This document shows positions 41,953 through 52,237 of a DNA stretch of 64,000 bases, one piece after another. This DNA is from Microcoleus sp. GTDB taxonomy: Bacteria; Cyanobacteriota; Cyanobacteriia; Cyanobacteriales; Microcoleaceae. A program made the translations under genes and the position numbers. How positions within the stretch are numbered: position 1 is the first letter of the stretch; the number at the start of each line of letters is the position of its first letter. Below the pieces are notes generated by a model, which saw only the letters and a list, made by a program, of their open reading frames with translations, searched no databases and had not been told where the DNA came from. The stretch spans positions 96,001 to 160,000 of the forward strand of contig JAYFMW010000005.1 of the NCBI GenBank assembly GCA_042408215.1, written 5' to 3'.

Positions 41953-42972
41953 GTGGCGCAGGTACTACTTTCAGGGGTGAAGATGACAATTGAACTGAAA
42001 CCATCACAGCAACAGATAGAGCGGACACCAGTTGCGATCGCGTCGCGACTCCAAGGAAGTATCGGACTAATTTCGTTATTTCTCGCAATCCTTGCCTTAT
42101 CATTTGCCGCCATTTTCATCAGATTGAGCGAACGGGAACTGGGTCCGGTTGCGACAATATTCAATCGCTTCTGGGTAGCCACTCTCATTTTAGGATTAGG
42201 GAATGCGATCAAAACCTTGAGCGAAAGAAACTCCCACGACTCCTCCCTCCAAAAGCAGCATTACACAGTCAGCGATTTAGTCTTGTTGCTAGTAATGAGT
42301 TGTTTTTTCTCAGGCACATTAATTACCTGGGCTTGGTCTCTAACTCAGACAAGTGTCGCTAACTCTAATCTGCTGCATAACGTCACCCCACTGTTCACAA
42401 CTCTGATGGGATGGCTGTTTCTAAGTCAATGTTTTGAGGGCAGATTTATTGTTGGCATGGTAATCGCCATCAGCGGATCAATCCTAATTGGACTAAGCGA
42501 TTTGCAGGTAGCCAGCGAGCACTTCACAGGTGACTCGCTGGCCATGCTATCTGCTGTCTTGTCTGCCGCCAATCTGCTATGTGTTGAAAAACTTCGCGCC
42601 AAGTTTTCAGCAACAACCATACTCTTTTGGTGTTCCTGCTTCGGGGCCTTGTTAACTTTTCCGATCGTTCTGCTCACAGAAAATGTACTTTTTCCCTATT
42701 CCTGGGCTGGGTGGTTGGCAATAGTTGCCCAAGCCTTGGTATGCCAAGTTTTGGGTCAAAGTCTTCAGGCTTATAACCTCAAAAGATTTTCCTCCGGGTT
42801 CGTTGCCGTGTGCTTGCTGCTCGATCCGGTGATTACTGCTATACTTGCCTGGATCATCTTTTCTGAAAGGTTAACTCCTCTGAACTTGTTGGCATTTTCT
42901 GTAGTTTTGACAGGCATATACCTGGCAAAGTCTAGCCAAGGATCCAACAAAGTAATCCCTTTTGAAAGTTAA
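41953..42972 (+). CDS. DMT/EamA family transporter (true start may be ~41983)
   Basis: ~10 TM segments. SFAAIFIR, TSVANS.LL...PLF and LLLDPVIT..LAW.IF.E motifs. Confidence 0.88.
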   Translation: MAQVLLSGVKMTIELKPSQQQIERTPVAIASRLQGSIGLISLFLAILALSFAAIFIRLSERELGPVATIFNRFWVATLILGLGNAIKTLSERNSHDSSLQKQHYTVSDLVLLLVMSCFFSGTLITWAWSLTQTSVANSNLLHNVTPLFTTLMGWLFLSQCFEGRFIVGMVIAISGSILIGLSDLQVASEHFTGDSLAMLSAVLSAANLLCVEKLRAKFSATTILFWCSCFGALLTFPIVLLTENVLFPYSWAGWLAIVAQALVCQVLGQSLQAYNLKRFSSGFVAVCLLLDPVITAILAWIIFSERLTPLNLLAFSVVLTGIYLAKSSQGSNKVIPFES

Positions 42973-43567
42973 AAGTCAAAAAATATTTCTGCTTTTTTCC
43001 TTGTTTAAGTAATGGAGGTCTTTTCTCTGGAAATCCTTGGGAAACAAATTAAGGAAACGCGACTTGATTCAAACATAACTATGGCAGACATACCGCTGAC
43101 TGGAATAGTCGATAATTGGTCGCAAAATCCCGGATCTGAAGAGTCATTTGGCATAAATTTAACTCTCAAGATTGACAGTCGCGGCAAAAAATGCTATAAT
43201 TTTTGAGGCAATTCAAAAGCTACCTAATTCTCTTAATTCATGACCGATGTTTTGTTTGGTTGGACAGACTTTAACAGAATGCTCGTGTTATTAATATTCG
43301 AGGAGTTAATAACAATCTGGATTTCTACTTTAACGATTGTGAAGAATTGAATTTAGCCATCTTGGCACTACTGGAAAAAGAGGGTATATATCTCCTAAAT
43401 TTTTAATTTAGAACATACCTCGAAAGCTATCAGCAGACTTGGGAAAAAACTGGTAAAGCGATAAATAGACGTTGCACTTTCCCAGGGATAATGGAGCGCG
43501 CAGTTTCTCTGAATTACCAAAAACACCTTACTTGAGTACCTCCAAACTAGAATAGGAAACAAACAAA

Positions 43568-43885
43568 ATGAAGTTAGACAAATTGGCTCTGGCACAAAAT
43601 ATGGCTTTTCTGATATCTATTCCGCCGCAAAGCAATTTAGCTAAATTACTGGCTTTTTGTTTGGCAACAAAGGCTAGAAAAAATACGAGCGGAACAGAAA
43701 TCTTAAGGCTCACCTGTGATCTAATGGAAAACCCATCTAAATTGCCTTATTGGACGCAAGACGTGATGGGACTCGATTTAGATTACACTACTGAGGAGTG
43801 GAAAGCTTTAGGAGAAATGGGCATCAAGGATGCAGAGGGCTTTATGGCTACCCTGTGGCAAGAATTGGAAAATTTGAGTTTGTAA
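43568..43885 (+). CDS. Hypothetical protein
   Basis: 105-aa ORF with protein-like composition. No family recognised. Confidence 0.55.
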   Translation: MKLDKLALAQNMAFLISIPPQSNLAKLLAFCLATKARKNTSGTEILRLTCDLMENPSKLPYWTQDVMGLDLDYTTEEWKALGEMGIKDAEGFMATLWQELENLSL

Positions 43886-44146
43886 TTGCTTTTTTCAAAA
43901 TCACCGGACAGGGATTTGAAGATTTCATAAGTTCTGTAAGAGTGTTCCCAGAAATAAAATGCCCTGTCATGCTGAACGGAGTGAAGCATCTTGGATATTT
44001 TCCACTACACTGCGTTTCGCTCAAAATGACAATTCTGGATTATTTTTTATTTGGAATACTCTAAACAGTATTTATCATCTCTATAAAATATCAAAATTCC
44101 TGTCTAAAAACTTCAACCATTTATTCTTTGAATTCACATAAAAATT

Positions 44147-46147
44147 ATGTCTTTAAATGTTGAACTTTTAGAGCAAAGTTTCGATAAAGTTAAACCTCGT
44201 GCTAATGAATTTGCAGCCAGCTTCTACGAGAATCTTTTTAAAGCTCACCCAGAAGTGAAACCGCTATTTGCCAAGACTGATATGGGAAATCAAGAGAAAA
44301 AGCTGTTAAATTCCCTGGTTTTGGTAGTAGAAAATCTCCGCAACCCAGAGGCTTTAGGGCCCGTGCTCAATGCTCTAGGAGGTAGACACGTCAGCTATGG
44401 AGCCATTCCCAAATATTATGGCCCTGTGGGGGAAGCTTTGCTGTTAACATTTGAGCAGTATCTTGCTGAAGATTGGACTCCTGAAGTCAAAAAAGCTTGG
44501 ATAAATGCTTATAAAGCAATTGCTGCGTTGATGTTAAAAGGTGCCGGTGTAGATGCACCAACTAAAGTTAAATCAGAGATAGCAGCCAATTCAAAGCAAC
44601 AAGCAGCTACCCAACCAATTGAGCAAAAAATAGAGGAAATTCCACAAGTAGAACCAGCCGAGCAAATATTAACAGAAATACCAGAAGAAGCATCTTCAGA
44701 GTTACCTGTAGAGTTACTAGAAAGCAGTTTTGAAAAAGTTAAACCCCACGCGAATGAATTTGCAGCCAGTTTCTATGAAAATCTTTTTCAAGCTTACCCA
44801 GAAGTGAAACCACTGTTTACTAAAACAGATATGAAAAACCAAGAGAAAAAACTATTAAATTCCCTGGTTTTGGTAGTGGAAAATCTCCGCAACCCAGAGG
44901 CTTTAGCGCCTGTTCTCAAGGCTCTAGGAGCTAGACACGTCGGCTATGGAGCTATTCCGAAATACTATGGACCGGTGGGGGAAGCACTGCTGATGACATT
45001 TGAGCAGTATCTCCTTGAAGATTGGACTCCTGAAGTCAAAAAAGCTTGGCTAAATGCTTATAGAGCAATTACTGGGTTGATGTTAAAAGGTGCGGGGGAA
45101 GAATCTTCACCTCAAGTTGTCCAAGCTGAGAAACCTGCTATTGTATCAAAACCTATCCAAGCTGAACCAAAAACTGCAACTTTAGCAAAACCTTCAACAT
45201 TAACAGCCGAAACCCCAAAAGAATCTCAGCTATTTCAGCCCACAGCAGAGCCAGAGAAAAAAGCTCTTATATCGGTTCAGTTAGATGGTAAAGTTTTCAA
45301 TGACATTCTCAATAATTTTACCGTTAATTATCAGCAATTTCAGACCAAAATATCAGAACAGCCATTAAGTGAAGTCCTCAAACAAATTCCTAGTAAACTT
45401 ATTGATGCTTTCTGGGAAGCACCAGTATGGTTAGTCGCTGTAGTTGCGGCAGTTCTGTTTACGGTAGTTATTGTAATTGTCGATGAGAACTCTTTACTTG
45501 CAGAAGTTTTGGGTGCTACTGAGACTATCAGTGTAGTCGTGGCGCTAGTTCTATTCATTAAAGAAGCTCCCGATCGCCGAAAACAATTTCACTACCAAGC
45601 TTGGAGTATAGTTGATGCAGCACACAATGTTAAAGTTAGTTATGCCAGAATTTTGGCCCTGCAAGATTTGAATGAGGATGGTGTTTCTTTGAGAGGTTTG
45701 GATGCTCCTGGTGCGGAGTTAGTAGATATTAATCTCTCCCATGCTAATCTCAATAAAGCCAATTTGATGGAAAGCGACTTGAGTAATGCTAATTTGAGCT
45801 ATGCCAATTTAGATAATGCTAATCTCAGTCAGAGTCAACTTAGTGGTGCAGATTTAAGTCATGCAAAACTGGGTTTTGCTCGCTTGAGTCAGGCTAATCT
45901 GAGTAGTGCTAATCTCAGTAGTGCTAATTTGATTTGTGCAGATTTGAGTAATGCCAACCTGAGTGGTGCAAATTTGAGAGATGCTAGTTTGAGTGGTGCT
46001 AACATGGAGGGAGCTTATCTAACTGGTGCTAATCTCAAAAATGCTAAAGTGAGCGATTATGAACTGAGTAGTGCTTTTCTGGAAGGTGCGATTATGCCTA
46101 ATGGATCAAAGTATAAGTCTCTGGAAGATGGGGGCACAAACAAATAA
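44147..46147 (+). CDS. Tandem globin domains + two TM segments + pentapeptide repeats
   Basis: Two flavohemoglobin-like globins (FYENLF..PEVKPLF..QEKKL..LG.RHV.YG), hydrophobic 2-TM block and A(N/D)LSxx repeats. Confidence 0.88.
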   Translation: MSLNVELLEQSFDKVKPRANEFAASFYENLFKAHPEVKPLFAKTDMGNQEKKLLNSLVLVVENLRNPEALGPVLNALGGRHVSYGAIPKYYGPVGEALLLTFEQYLAEDWTPEVKKAWINAYKAIAALMLKGAGVDAPTKVKSEIAANSKQQAATQPIEQKIEEIPQVEPAEQILTEIPEEASSELPVELLESSFEKVKPHANEFAASFYENLFQAYPEVKPLFTKTDMKNQEKKLLNSLVLVVENLRNPEALAPVLKALGARHVGYGAIPKYYGPVGEALLMTFEQYLLEDWTPEVKKAWLNAYRAITGLMLKGAGEESSPQVVQAEKPAIVSKPIQAEPKTATLAKPSTLTAETPKESQLFQPTAEPEKKALISVQLDGKVFNDILNNFTVNYQQFQTKISEQPLSEVLKQIPSKLIDAFWEAPVWLVAVVAAVLFTVVIVIVDENSLLAEVLGATETISVVVALVLFIKEAPDRRKQFHYQAWSIVDAAHNVKVSYARILALQDLNEDGVSLRGLDAPGAELVDINLSHANLNKANLMESDLSNANLSYANLDNANLSQSQLSGADLSHAKLGFARLSQANLSSANLSSANLICADLSNANLSGANLRDASLSGANMEGAYLTGANLKNAKVSDYELSSAFLEGAIMPNGSKYKSLEDGGTNK

Positions 46148-46342
46148 ATTGATGCCAGCTTTTTTACGATATTTTTGTCTGGTTTTATACTAAAAGGTGA
46201 CGAACCCTTTAGTATACAAGCTTTGGCTTACTGAAATGCGATCGCCAACGGTGAGAGATTACCCTTTAATTCTAATTCTTAGGCCATGAGAAAAATTAGG
46301 GGCCATGAGAGAAATGAGGCAAATAATATCAGGAAAATTCCT

Positions 46343-46450
46343 ATGCAATTACTTAAGCGATTAAGTATAAAGACAAAACTCATAGTCATGTTACTGGTAG
46401 TGAGCATTTGCGCTATGCTCGCAAGCACCTTGCGCGAAGCAAATCGGTAA
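46343..46450 (+). pseudogene. Truncated N-terminus of a membrane sensor-like protein
   Basis: MQLLKRLSIKTKLIVMLLVVSICAMLAST resembles TM1 of HAMP-type sensors/cyclases. Ends after 35 codons. Confidence 0.4.
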
Positions 46451-46530
46451 GTATGACCGGCAGATGTTTCGTCCAATACTGAGATTGATTGCCAATGATG
46501 ATATTGAAGTAAATTGCTATCAATTAACCC

Positions 46531-46636
46531 AAAAAACCAGAATTTAAGTAATATTTGACGCTCGAAAAACAGCAAATTTACGCTTCGATCCACCCAAAAA
46601 ATTGGCAGTTTCCAATGAATTATTGTGAGTTTTGAG
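46531..46636 (+). pseudogene. Degenerate duplicate of the rimI 3' end
   Basis: aaaaaccagaatttaagtaatatttgacgctcgaaaaacagcaaattt... aligns with 33131-33235 (aaaaaccagaatttcagcaatatttggcggttgaaaaacaggagattt...). Confidence 0.7.
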
Positions 46637-46893
46637 TGTCATTTGTTGCGAATTTAAATTGCATATTTCACTACTACTTGCATATAGTTTCAGGATAGCG
46701 GGGCGTAGATATAATGACTTATATTTTCACAGTATATCCTAATTTAACATCGGAAACTCTAGTAAATTTACGGATTTACAATACCGCGAGTCAGCTTGAA
46801 TCTGTATCTCAAGATGTTGTTTTCGTTAAGGGCTGCTACACACGAAAAAAAACTCACTGTTGTGGGTGAAGCCTTTCAAAACAGGAATATCTA

Positions 46894-47510
46894 ATGAACA
46901 TGAAATATGTACTGACCGCTATCCTGGGAACATATTTAATATCCACATTCTCAGGAGCGACCGCTATGGCAGCCACAATAGGAGGCACAATCAAAGTCAA
47001 CGTCACTGGTGGGGACTTAGGGGGTGTTTACACGGGTGACTTTGCCTACGACGATACACATCTGACCAAAGTCGGCGAGGAATCCATGACCATCAATGGT
47101 GGAAATGGAGCTCGACCGGGACTGCTATCTCTGAACTTTAGATTTCTGGACTTTGCTACAGGTTTAACTCCTGTCACCTATACGGCCAGTGATGATTTAC
47201 CAACTTCCCAGACGCTCCTGTTTTGTTTTTCTGAGAACGGAATTCCCATCTCAATTTGCCTTGCAAGTTTTTTCTGAGGCGGAGTGGCTGGAAATGACGC
47301 ATTTGGGTTCTGTAGATCCCAGGATATTTCTTTACGCCTTGCGAAATGGAACTATTGAAGGTGATGGGAGTCGTGACCTTAGAAATTAACGAATCTCCTC
47401 CTGAATCTACTCCCGTACCGGAGAACGCCTCCCCCTTCGCCTCATTGTTGGCTTTTTTGGGATTGGGTGGAGTTCACTCGTGGAGAAAGTCGAGAAAGGG
47501 AAACAAATAA
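46894..47510 (+). pseudogene. PEP-CTERM-like (VPEN) paralogue 5 with several single-base insertions
   Basis: Colinear with paralogues 1-4 to the stop at 47510. Frameshifts lie between ~47200 and 47380. Confidence 0.75.
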
Positions 47511-47545
47511 TCATCTTTACCAACCTAACTTGAGAGGAATAGACA

Positions 47546-47945
47546 ATGACAGCGATAAATACTCCGTTTTTGGTGACAGGTGGCGAAACTAACAGACCAC
47601 CTAGCAATGCTTTTAGTCCAAGTCAGCGTCAAATAAATATCCGTGCGTCCTTCTCCCTTCCCTCTGTCGAGCAATGGAGTGGTGAAAAAGTATGGTTGCT
47701 GATTCCTGGTTTCACAGCACCCAGCGATTCTTTTGATGCAAATCTGGCGACAGCCATTGATGATGCTAACCCAAACGATATAGTTTTAGCCATTGATTGG
47801 ACTCAAGTGAGCGGTACCCCAACAAATGATGCAACAGCAGGGATATTGAGAGGAGACCTTTACAGGTCTGGTTCATGGATTACCCCAGTCGCAACAGCAG
47901 TCCGAGACAAACTTGTTGAGTGGGGAATGCCAGCCACAGCACTGT
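47546..47945 (+). pseudogene. Truncated second copy of the lipase-RTX gene, broken at the sbnB 3' end
   Basis: Homologous to 37571-~37970 up to WGMPA.AL, just before the GxSxG motif. Confidence 0.8.
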
Positions 47946-47948
47946 TAT

Positions 47949-48971
47949 CTATATTTGTGTTGGTTCGTAAAAAAAATCTGGAATTGAAACAGTTGTTTTT
48001 TCCAAGACTGCTATTTGATATACATAATAACCAACAGCAAGATCAAGGATTCCCATACCAAAGGGCGAATATACGGTTGGCTTTTGTCTGTCTAAAGTGA
48101 GTTTTCCTTGAATAAGTTGATCGATAGTTCCTGTAACAAAATCTCGGTTTCCAACTTCTTGCTCAGTAAGATGCAAAGATGTCGCAGATTTTAAACAGTG
48201 ATCTACATCATCGACAATGTTGTTTGACTCAAGAATAATTTTTGATGATAAATCTCGCAAAGATAAATGCAAAATAATTGGATTGTGGGAAAAGATACTA
48301 ATATCGTCAACATGTGGTGCATTAGCCGTTGTAGTAAAACTAATCAAATCACAAGATGAAATCAGGTTTTCTTTGGTCGATGAGATTTGAACTTCCTTGA
48401 TTCCTTTCTCTTGAGCATACTCTTTCATCGCCATACTGTACTCATCAGCTAAGTCAAACAAATCTAGTGCAGATATTGTCCAACCAGTATTTAGCAAAAA
48501 TTTCAAGACATAACGAGCAATTAGTCCGCATCCAACAATCCCCAATCTTTTGACTGTTTTTGGTTCGATCAGATTTTGGGCGGCTAAAACTGCTGAAGCG
48601 GCGGTTCTAGAAGCACTGATAATCGAGCCTTCGAGACACGCTATTGGATATCCAGTTTCATAATCATTGAGAATAATCACCGCAGATGCACGAGGGATTC
48701 CCTGCGCGATATTCTTGGGAAAACTGGCAATCCATTTGATCCCTGAGATATTAAAGTCTCCTCCCAAATGTGCAGGTAAAGCAATGATTCTCGCTTCTGG
48801 CTTTTCTGGATATTTCAAAAAATAACTATCTGGGTTTATGGTTTTTTTGGCTCCATGAGTAAGATATGCTTTTTGAACTAAATCAATTACATTTGCATAG
48901 TTACTTTGGAGTATTTCATTAACTATCGAACCAGAAATAACTGTAAAATTTTGCTCTATGGTGTTTGTCAT
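47949..48971 (-). CDS. sbnB: 2,3-diaminopropionate biosynthesis protein SbnB (ornithine cyclodeaminase family)
   Basis: NPDSYFL, RIIALPA, GIKWIASFP.N, RASAVIILN, LHLSLRD, SPFGMGILD motifs. Confidence 0.9.
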   Translation of the reverse strand: MTNTIEQNFTVISGSIVNEILQSNYANVIDLVQKAYLTHGAKKTINPDSYFLKYPEKPEARIIALPAHLGGDFNISGIKWIASFPKNIAQGIPRASAVIILNDYETGYPIACLEGSIISASRTAASAVLAAQNLIEPKTVKRLGIVGCGLIARYVLKFLLNTGWTISALDLFDLADEYSMAMKEYAQEKGIKEVQISSTKENLISSCDLISFTTTANAPHVDDISIFSHNPIILHLSLRDLSSKIILESNNIVDDVDHCLKSATSLHLTEQEVGNRDFVTGTIDQLIQGKLTLDRQKPTVYSPFGMGILDLAVGYYVYQIAVLEKTTVSIPDFFYEPTQI

Positions 48972-48985
48972 GGAAGAAATATTTA

Positions 48986-50044
48986 TTAGTCTTTTATTGA
49001 CTTAAGGCAATTAGGAAAGCGTTCTGAAACCCACCGATCGTCATAAATTGTATCTAGGTAGCTCTCTCCTAAATCAGGACTTATTGCTACTATACTTTTC
49101 GCTGCATCCAGTTTATGTGCATAAGCTTTGATGCCTGCCAAAACTGTTCCAGTCGAACCTCCGACTAAGAATGTTTTTTCGCGTAGTAAATATCGACACA
49201 TTTTTATAGTGTCCTCTTCTTTAACTACTACAATATCATCAATTAGACTTTTATCAACCAATTCTGGTTTTCTACTTGTACCTAGTCCTGGGATATATCT
49301 TTTACTAGAAGGTAAATCGAAAGTAACCGATCCAAAGGTATCAACTGCAATAACTTTTGTTTTTAGGTTGCGATCTCTAATGTATTCAGCACATCCCATT
49401 AATGTACCTGTAGTACCTGCACCAATAAATAAGTAATCCACCTCTGAAAAGCTTTCAAATATTGAAGGTGCTGTACTCAAATAATGTGCATTTTTGTTCT
49501 CGCAATTCGCATATTGATTTAGCCAAAATAAATTTCTATCATCTTTAAGCAATTGCTTAATTAAATCAATTCGGCTGTTTAAAAATCCTCCATTTTTATC
49601 TCTATCTTTAACAATTATAAGTTTGGCTCCGAACAATTTTATATATTTCTCATTCCTAGACGAAATGTTTGGATCGCTGATACAGGTAAAGCGATATCCT
49701 TTAGTCGAACAAGCTAGGCTAGCCGCCACTCCTAAGTTACCAGACGAAGATTCGATAATATGGGTACGATCCGGTGATATCTCTCCTTTTTCTTCGAGAG
49801 CCTCTAGCATACGTATTGCAGGTTTTATTTTGATAGATCCTGCTGGATTAAATCCCTCAACCTTCAAAAATAGATCTGCTTTCAAAGACAAGAAATTGTT
49901 TAATTTACAAAAAACTTTGTCGAGAATCAGTTCCAAAGAATTTTCAGCAATCAAGGGAGATTTCATCAAAGCTGAGCTAGATGATTGGAAATTCCCAGAC
50001 AAAATTAAGGGTGTTTCCGTATCTGGTACATCGTAAAGATTCAT
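48986..50044 (-). CDS. sbnA: 2,3-diaminopropionate biosynthesis protein SbnA (PLP, cysteine-synthase fold)
   Basis: KVEGFNPAGSIK, ESSSGNLG, WLNQY.N, GTTGTLMG, IPGLG and YLDTIY motifs. Adjacent to sbnB. Confidence 0.9.
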   Translation of the reverse strand: MNLYDVPDTETPLILSGNFQSSSSALMKSPLIAENSLELILDKVFCKLNNFLSLKADLFLKVEGFNPAGSIKIKPAIRMLEALEEKGEISPDRTHIIESSSGNLGVAASLACSTKGYRFTCISDPNISSRNEKYIKLFGAKLIIVKDRDKNGGFLNSRIDLIKQLLKDDRNLFWLNQYANCENKNAHYLSTAPSIFESFSEVDYLFIGAGTTGTLMGCAEYIRDRNLKTKVIAVDTFGSVTFDLPSSKRYIPGLGTSRKPELVDKSLIDDIVVVKEEDTIKMCRYLLREKTFLVGGSTGTVLAGIKAYAHKLDAAKSIVAISPDLGESYLDTIYDDRWVSERFPNCLKSIKD

Positions 50045-50274
50045 AAATTTATTAAAAATTTTGGATCGAGAACAACCAGCTTATGCGATGTTTATGTTTT
50101 ATATACTTTTGAGCTTTGTCTATCAATAATATCATGATGCTATAGCCCCTGGGATGGGGGGGGGACCCCCCATCTCAAAATGACATTTCACAACTATTAT
50201 GGAAGATAAGAATGTTAAGTATCTAAACGAAACAACCTACAGATTTGTATTACCTGAAGGAATGATTAACAACT

Positions 50275-51213
50275 ATGCTCACATCTGACTCAAAAAAGAT
50301 TAAGTTATTACGTTATAAGGGACTTGTTATGGTGCTGGTGGGGGCTACCTTGTGGGGACTTTCTGGTACGGTGGCACAAAGGCTTTTTCAAGATGAGGGA
50401 TTTACTCCTGGTTGGCTGGTAACAATGCGCCTGCTAATTTCAGGGATGTTGTTATTAATAACTGGATGTTTACGAAAAAGTTCCCATCAAGTTTTTGCTG
50501 TGTGGAACGATCGCAAAGATAGGATTAGATTAGTATTTTTTGGAATTGTTGGTATGTTGGGAGTACAGTATACCTATTTCGTGGCAATTCAAACTGGTAA
50601 TGCTGCTACAGCAACCTTATTGCAATATCAGGCTCCATTATTTATTATGGTTTACTCCGCAATAAAGTACAATCGAATTCCGAATTTTCAAGAGTTTATA
50701 GCCCTGGGATTTGCCCTGTTAGGTACATTCCTTCTGGTAACAAATGGATCTATTCAACAGTTGTCTGTCTCCAGCGCATCAATAGCATGGGGATTAAGTT
50801 CTGCAATTGCACTTGCATTTTATACGTTATATCCATCAGGCTTGCTACAACGTTGGGGTTCTGAAGTAATCATTGGGTGGGGCATGATTATAGGAGGGAT
50901 TGCATTATGCCCGATCGCTTCTCCTTGGCAAATTCAAGGTCAACATTGGTCTGTTATTACTGGTTTGTTAGTAAGTTTTGTGATTGTATTTGGCACAGCA
51001 ATCGCTTTTTATCTCTATATAGATAGTCTTCGATACATTACACCTACAGAAGCCAGTTTATTAGCCAGTGCAGAGCCTTTGTCGGCTGTAGCTGCATCAG
51101 TTATTTGGCTTCGCTTACCACTGAGTCTTTTTGAAGGTATCGGTGGACTATGTATTGTTAGTACAGTGTTGATGTTGTCGCTACGTCCCAAAAATCAAAG
51201 CAAAACATTATAA
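50275..51213 (+). CDS. DMT/EamA family transporter (YicL-like)
   Basis: GATLWGLSG, VQYTYF, NAATATLLQY, SAEPL motifs. ~10 TM segments. Confidence 0.9.
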   Translation: MLTSDSKKIKLLRYKGLVMVLVGATLWGLSGTVAQRLFQDEGFTPGWLVTMRLLISGMLLLITGCLRKSSHQVFAVWNDRKDRIRLVFFGIVGMLGVQYTYFVAIQTGNAATATLLQYQAPLFIMVYSAIKYNRIPNFQEFIALGFALLGTFLLVTNGSIQQLSVSSASIAWGLSSAIALAFYTLYPSGLLQRWGSEVIIGWGMIIGGIALCPIASPWQIQGQHWSVITGLLVSFVIVFGTAIAFYLYIDSLRYITPTEASLLASAEPLSAVAASVIWLRLPLSLFEGIGGLCIVSTVLMLSLRPKNQSKTL

Positions 51214-51346
51214 GATTCAACTAGAAAAATCCTTGAGCGGAGCGAGAAAAAATCAGTTTTTTGAAAGGTCTATATATCAAGAAAGATTCTCAGCTTGCAG
51301 CCGTTAACTAAAGTGTGATTTAAATCAAAATAGGTTCATACTAACC

Positions 51347-52237
51347 ATGAAAACAAACAATCAGCCTTGTAATTTTTTCTTGATGACTGAAAATAGCTTT
51401 CATCCAACTTATTTACTCTCACAATGGTATACCAGATTCCAAGGAAACCCATTTTTTAGAGGTATTCTCATACGAGATGATAAAAATGATGCTTCACAGT
51501 ATAGTAAAGAGCGATTTCATCAATTACATCAGAATGAAAAAATTTTAACAAGTGATTCGCTACAGGAAATCAAAACATTATATGGTGGACTTAGTAAGAC
51601 GGAAGCAGCTACGATCGGATTATTTGGAATACCTGCATTGGCACAAAGCTCATTTCAAAAAAGTATCTTTTTAGGTAAAACTATCAATAGTGAAAAAGTG
51701 AAGAAGTGGCTACAAATAGAATGTAAAAATGAAGGTGGGATTTGTATATTTGTGTTTTTGGATAAGATTCTTAGCCCTTGGTGGATTGAATTGACAGAAG
51801 GTAACATTATTAATGCTCATTCTGCTGTTCTTCCTTATGCAAGAGGTATGTTTGCTGTCGAAAATATGGCATCTCGTGGTGATATTGAAGAATTTAAACG
51901 AGTTGCTGGAGCGTCTGTTCATTATGTAGATGAAGGCGTAGATACTGGCCCTATTATTCAAGCTGTCAGAATAAAAAATCCCTTTGAATTTCAATCTTTG
52001 TCGGAGGTAAAAGCTTATAGTTATAAGCTGGCTTTCGATCTTCTGATACAGCAAGCTTCAGAAATGATCGAAAATCCTCAAATACAATCTGTGGGGATCA
52101 AAGCCTACCCTACACCCATCAGTCCTGTATTTTCTAGAAAAGACTACACTCCCCAGGTCGAAGAACTCGCGGAAAAGAGATTTATAGAAATGAAACAAGA
52201 TTCAGTCAAGCGGTATAAAAACAAAGGCTTTGCGTAA
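51347..52237 (+). CDS. N10-formyl-THF-dependent formyltransferase family protein
   Basis: IINAHSAVLPYARG and GASVHYVDEGVDTGPII match the N-x-H..LP..RG and H..D.G.D.G motifs. Confidence 0.85.
   Translation: MKTNNQPCNFFLMTENSFHPTYLLSQWYTRFQGNPFFRGILIRDDKNDASQYSKERFHQLHQNEKILTSDSLQEIKTLYGGLSKTEAATIGLFGIPALAQSSFQKSIFLGKTINSEKVKKWLQIECKNEGGICIFVFLDKILSPWWIELTEGNIINAHSAVLPYARGMFAVENMASRGDIEEFKRVAGASVHYVDEGVDTGPIIQAVRIKNPFEFQSLSEVKAYSYKLAFDLLIQQASEMIENPQIQSVGIKAYPTPISPVFSRKDYTPQVEELAEKRFIEMKQDSVKRYKNKGFA

Noticed and set aside
43240..43410. Small gene upstream of 43568
   Set aside because: Only short overlapping frames, with no recognisable motif.
47949..50044. Staphyloferrin B-type siderophore cluster
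   Set aside because: No NIS synthetase, decarboxylase or siderophore receptor is adjacent. lysA at 31050 is the housekeeping gene in the lysA-cdaA-uppS operon.
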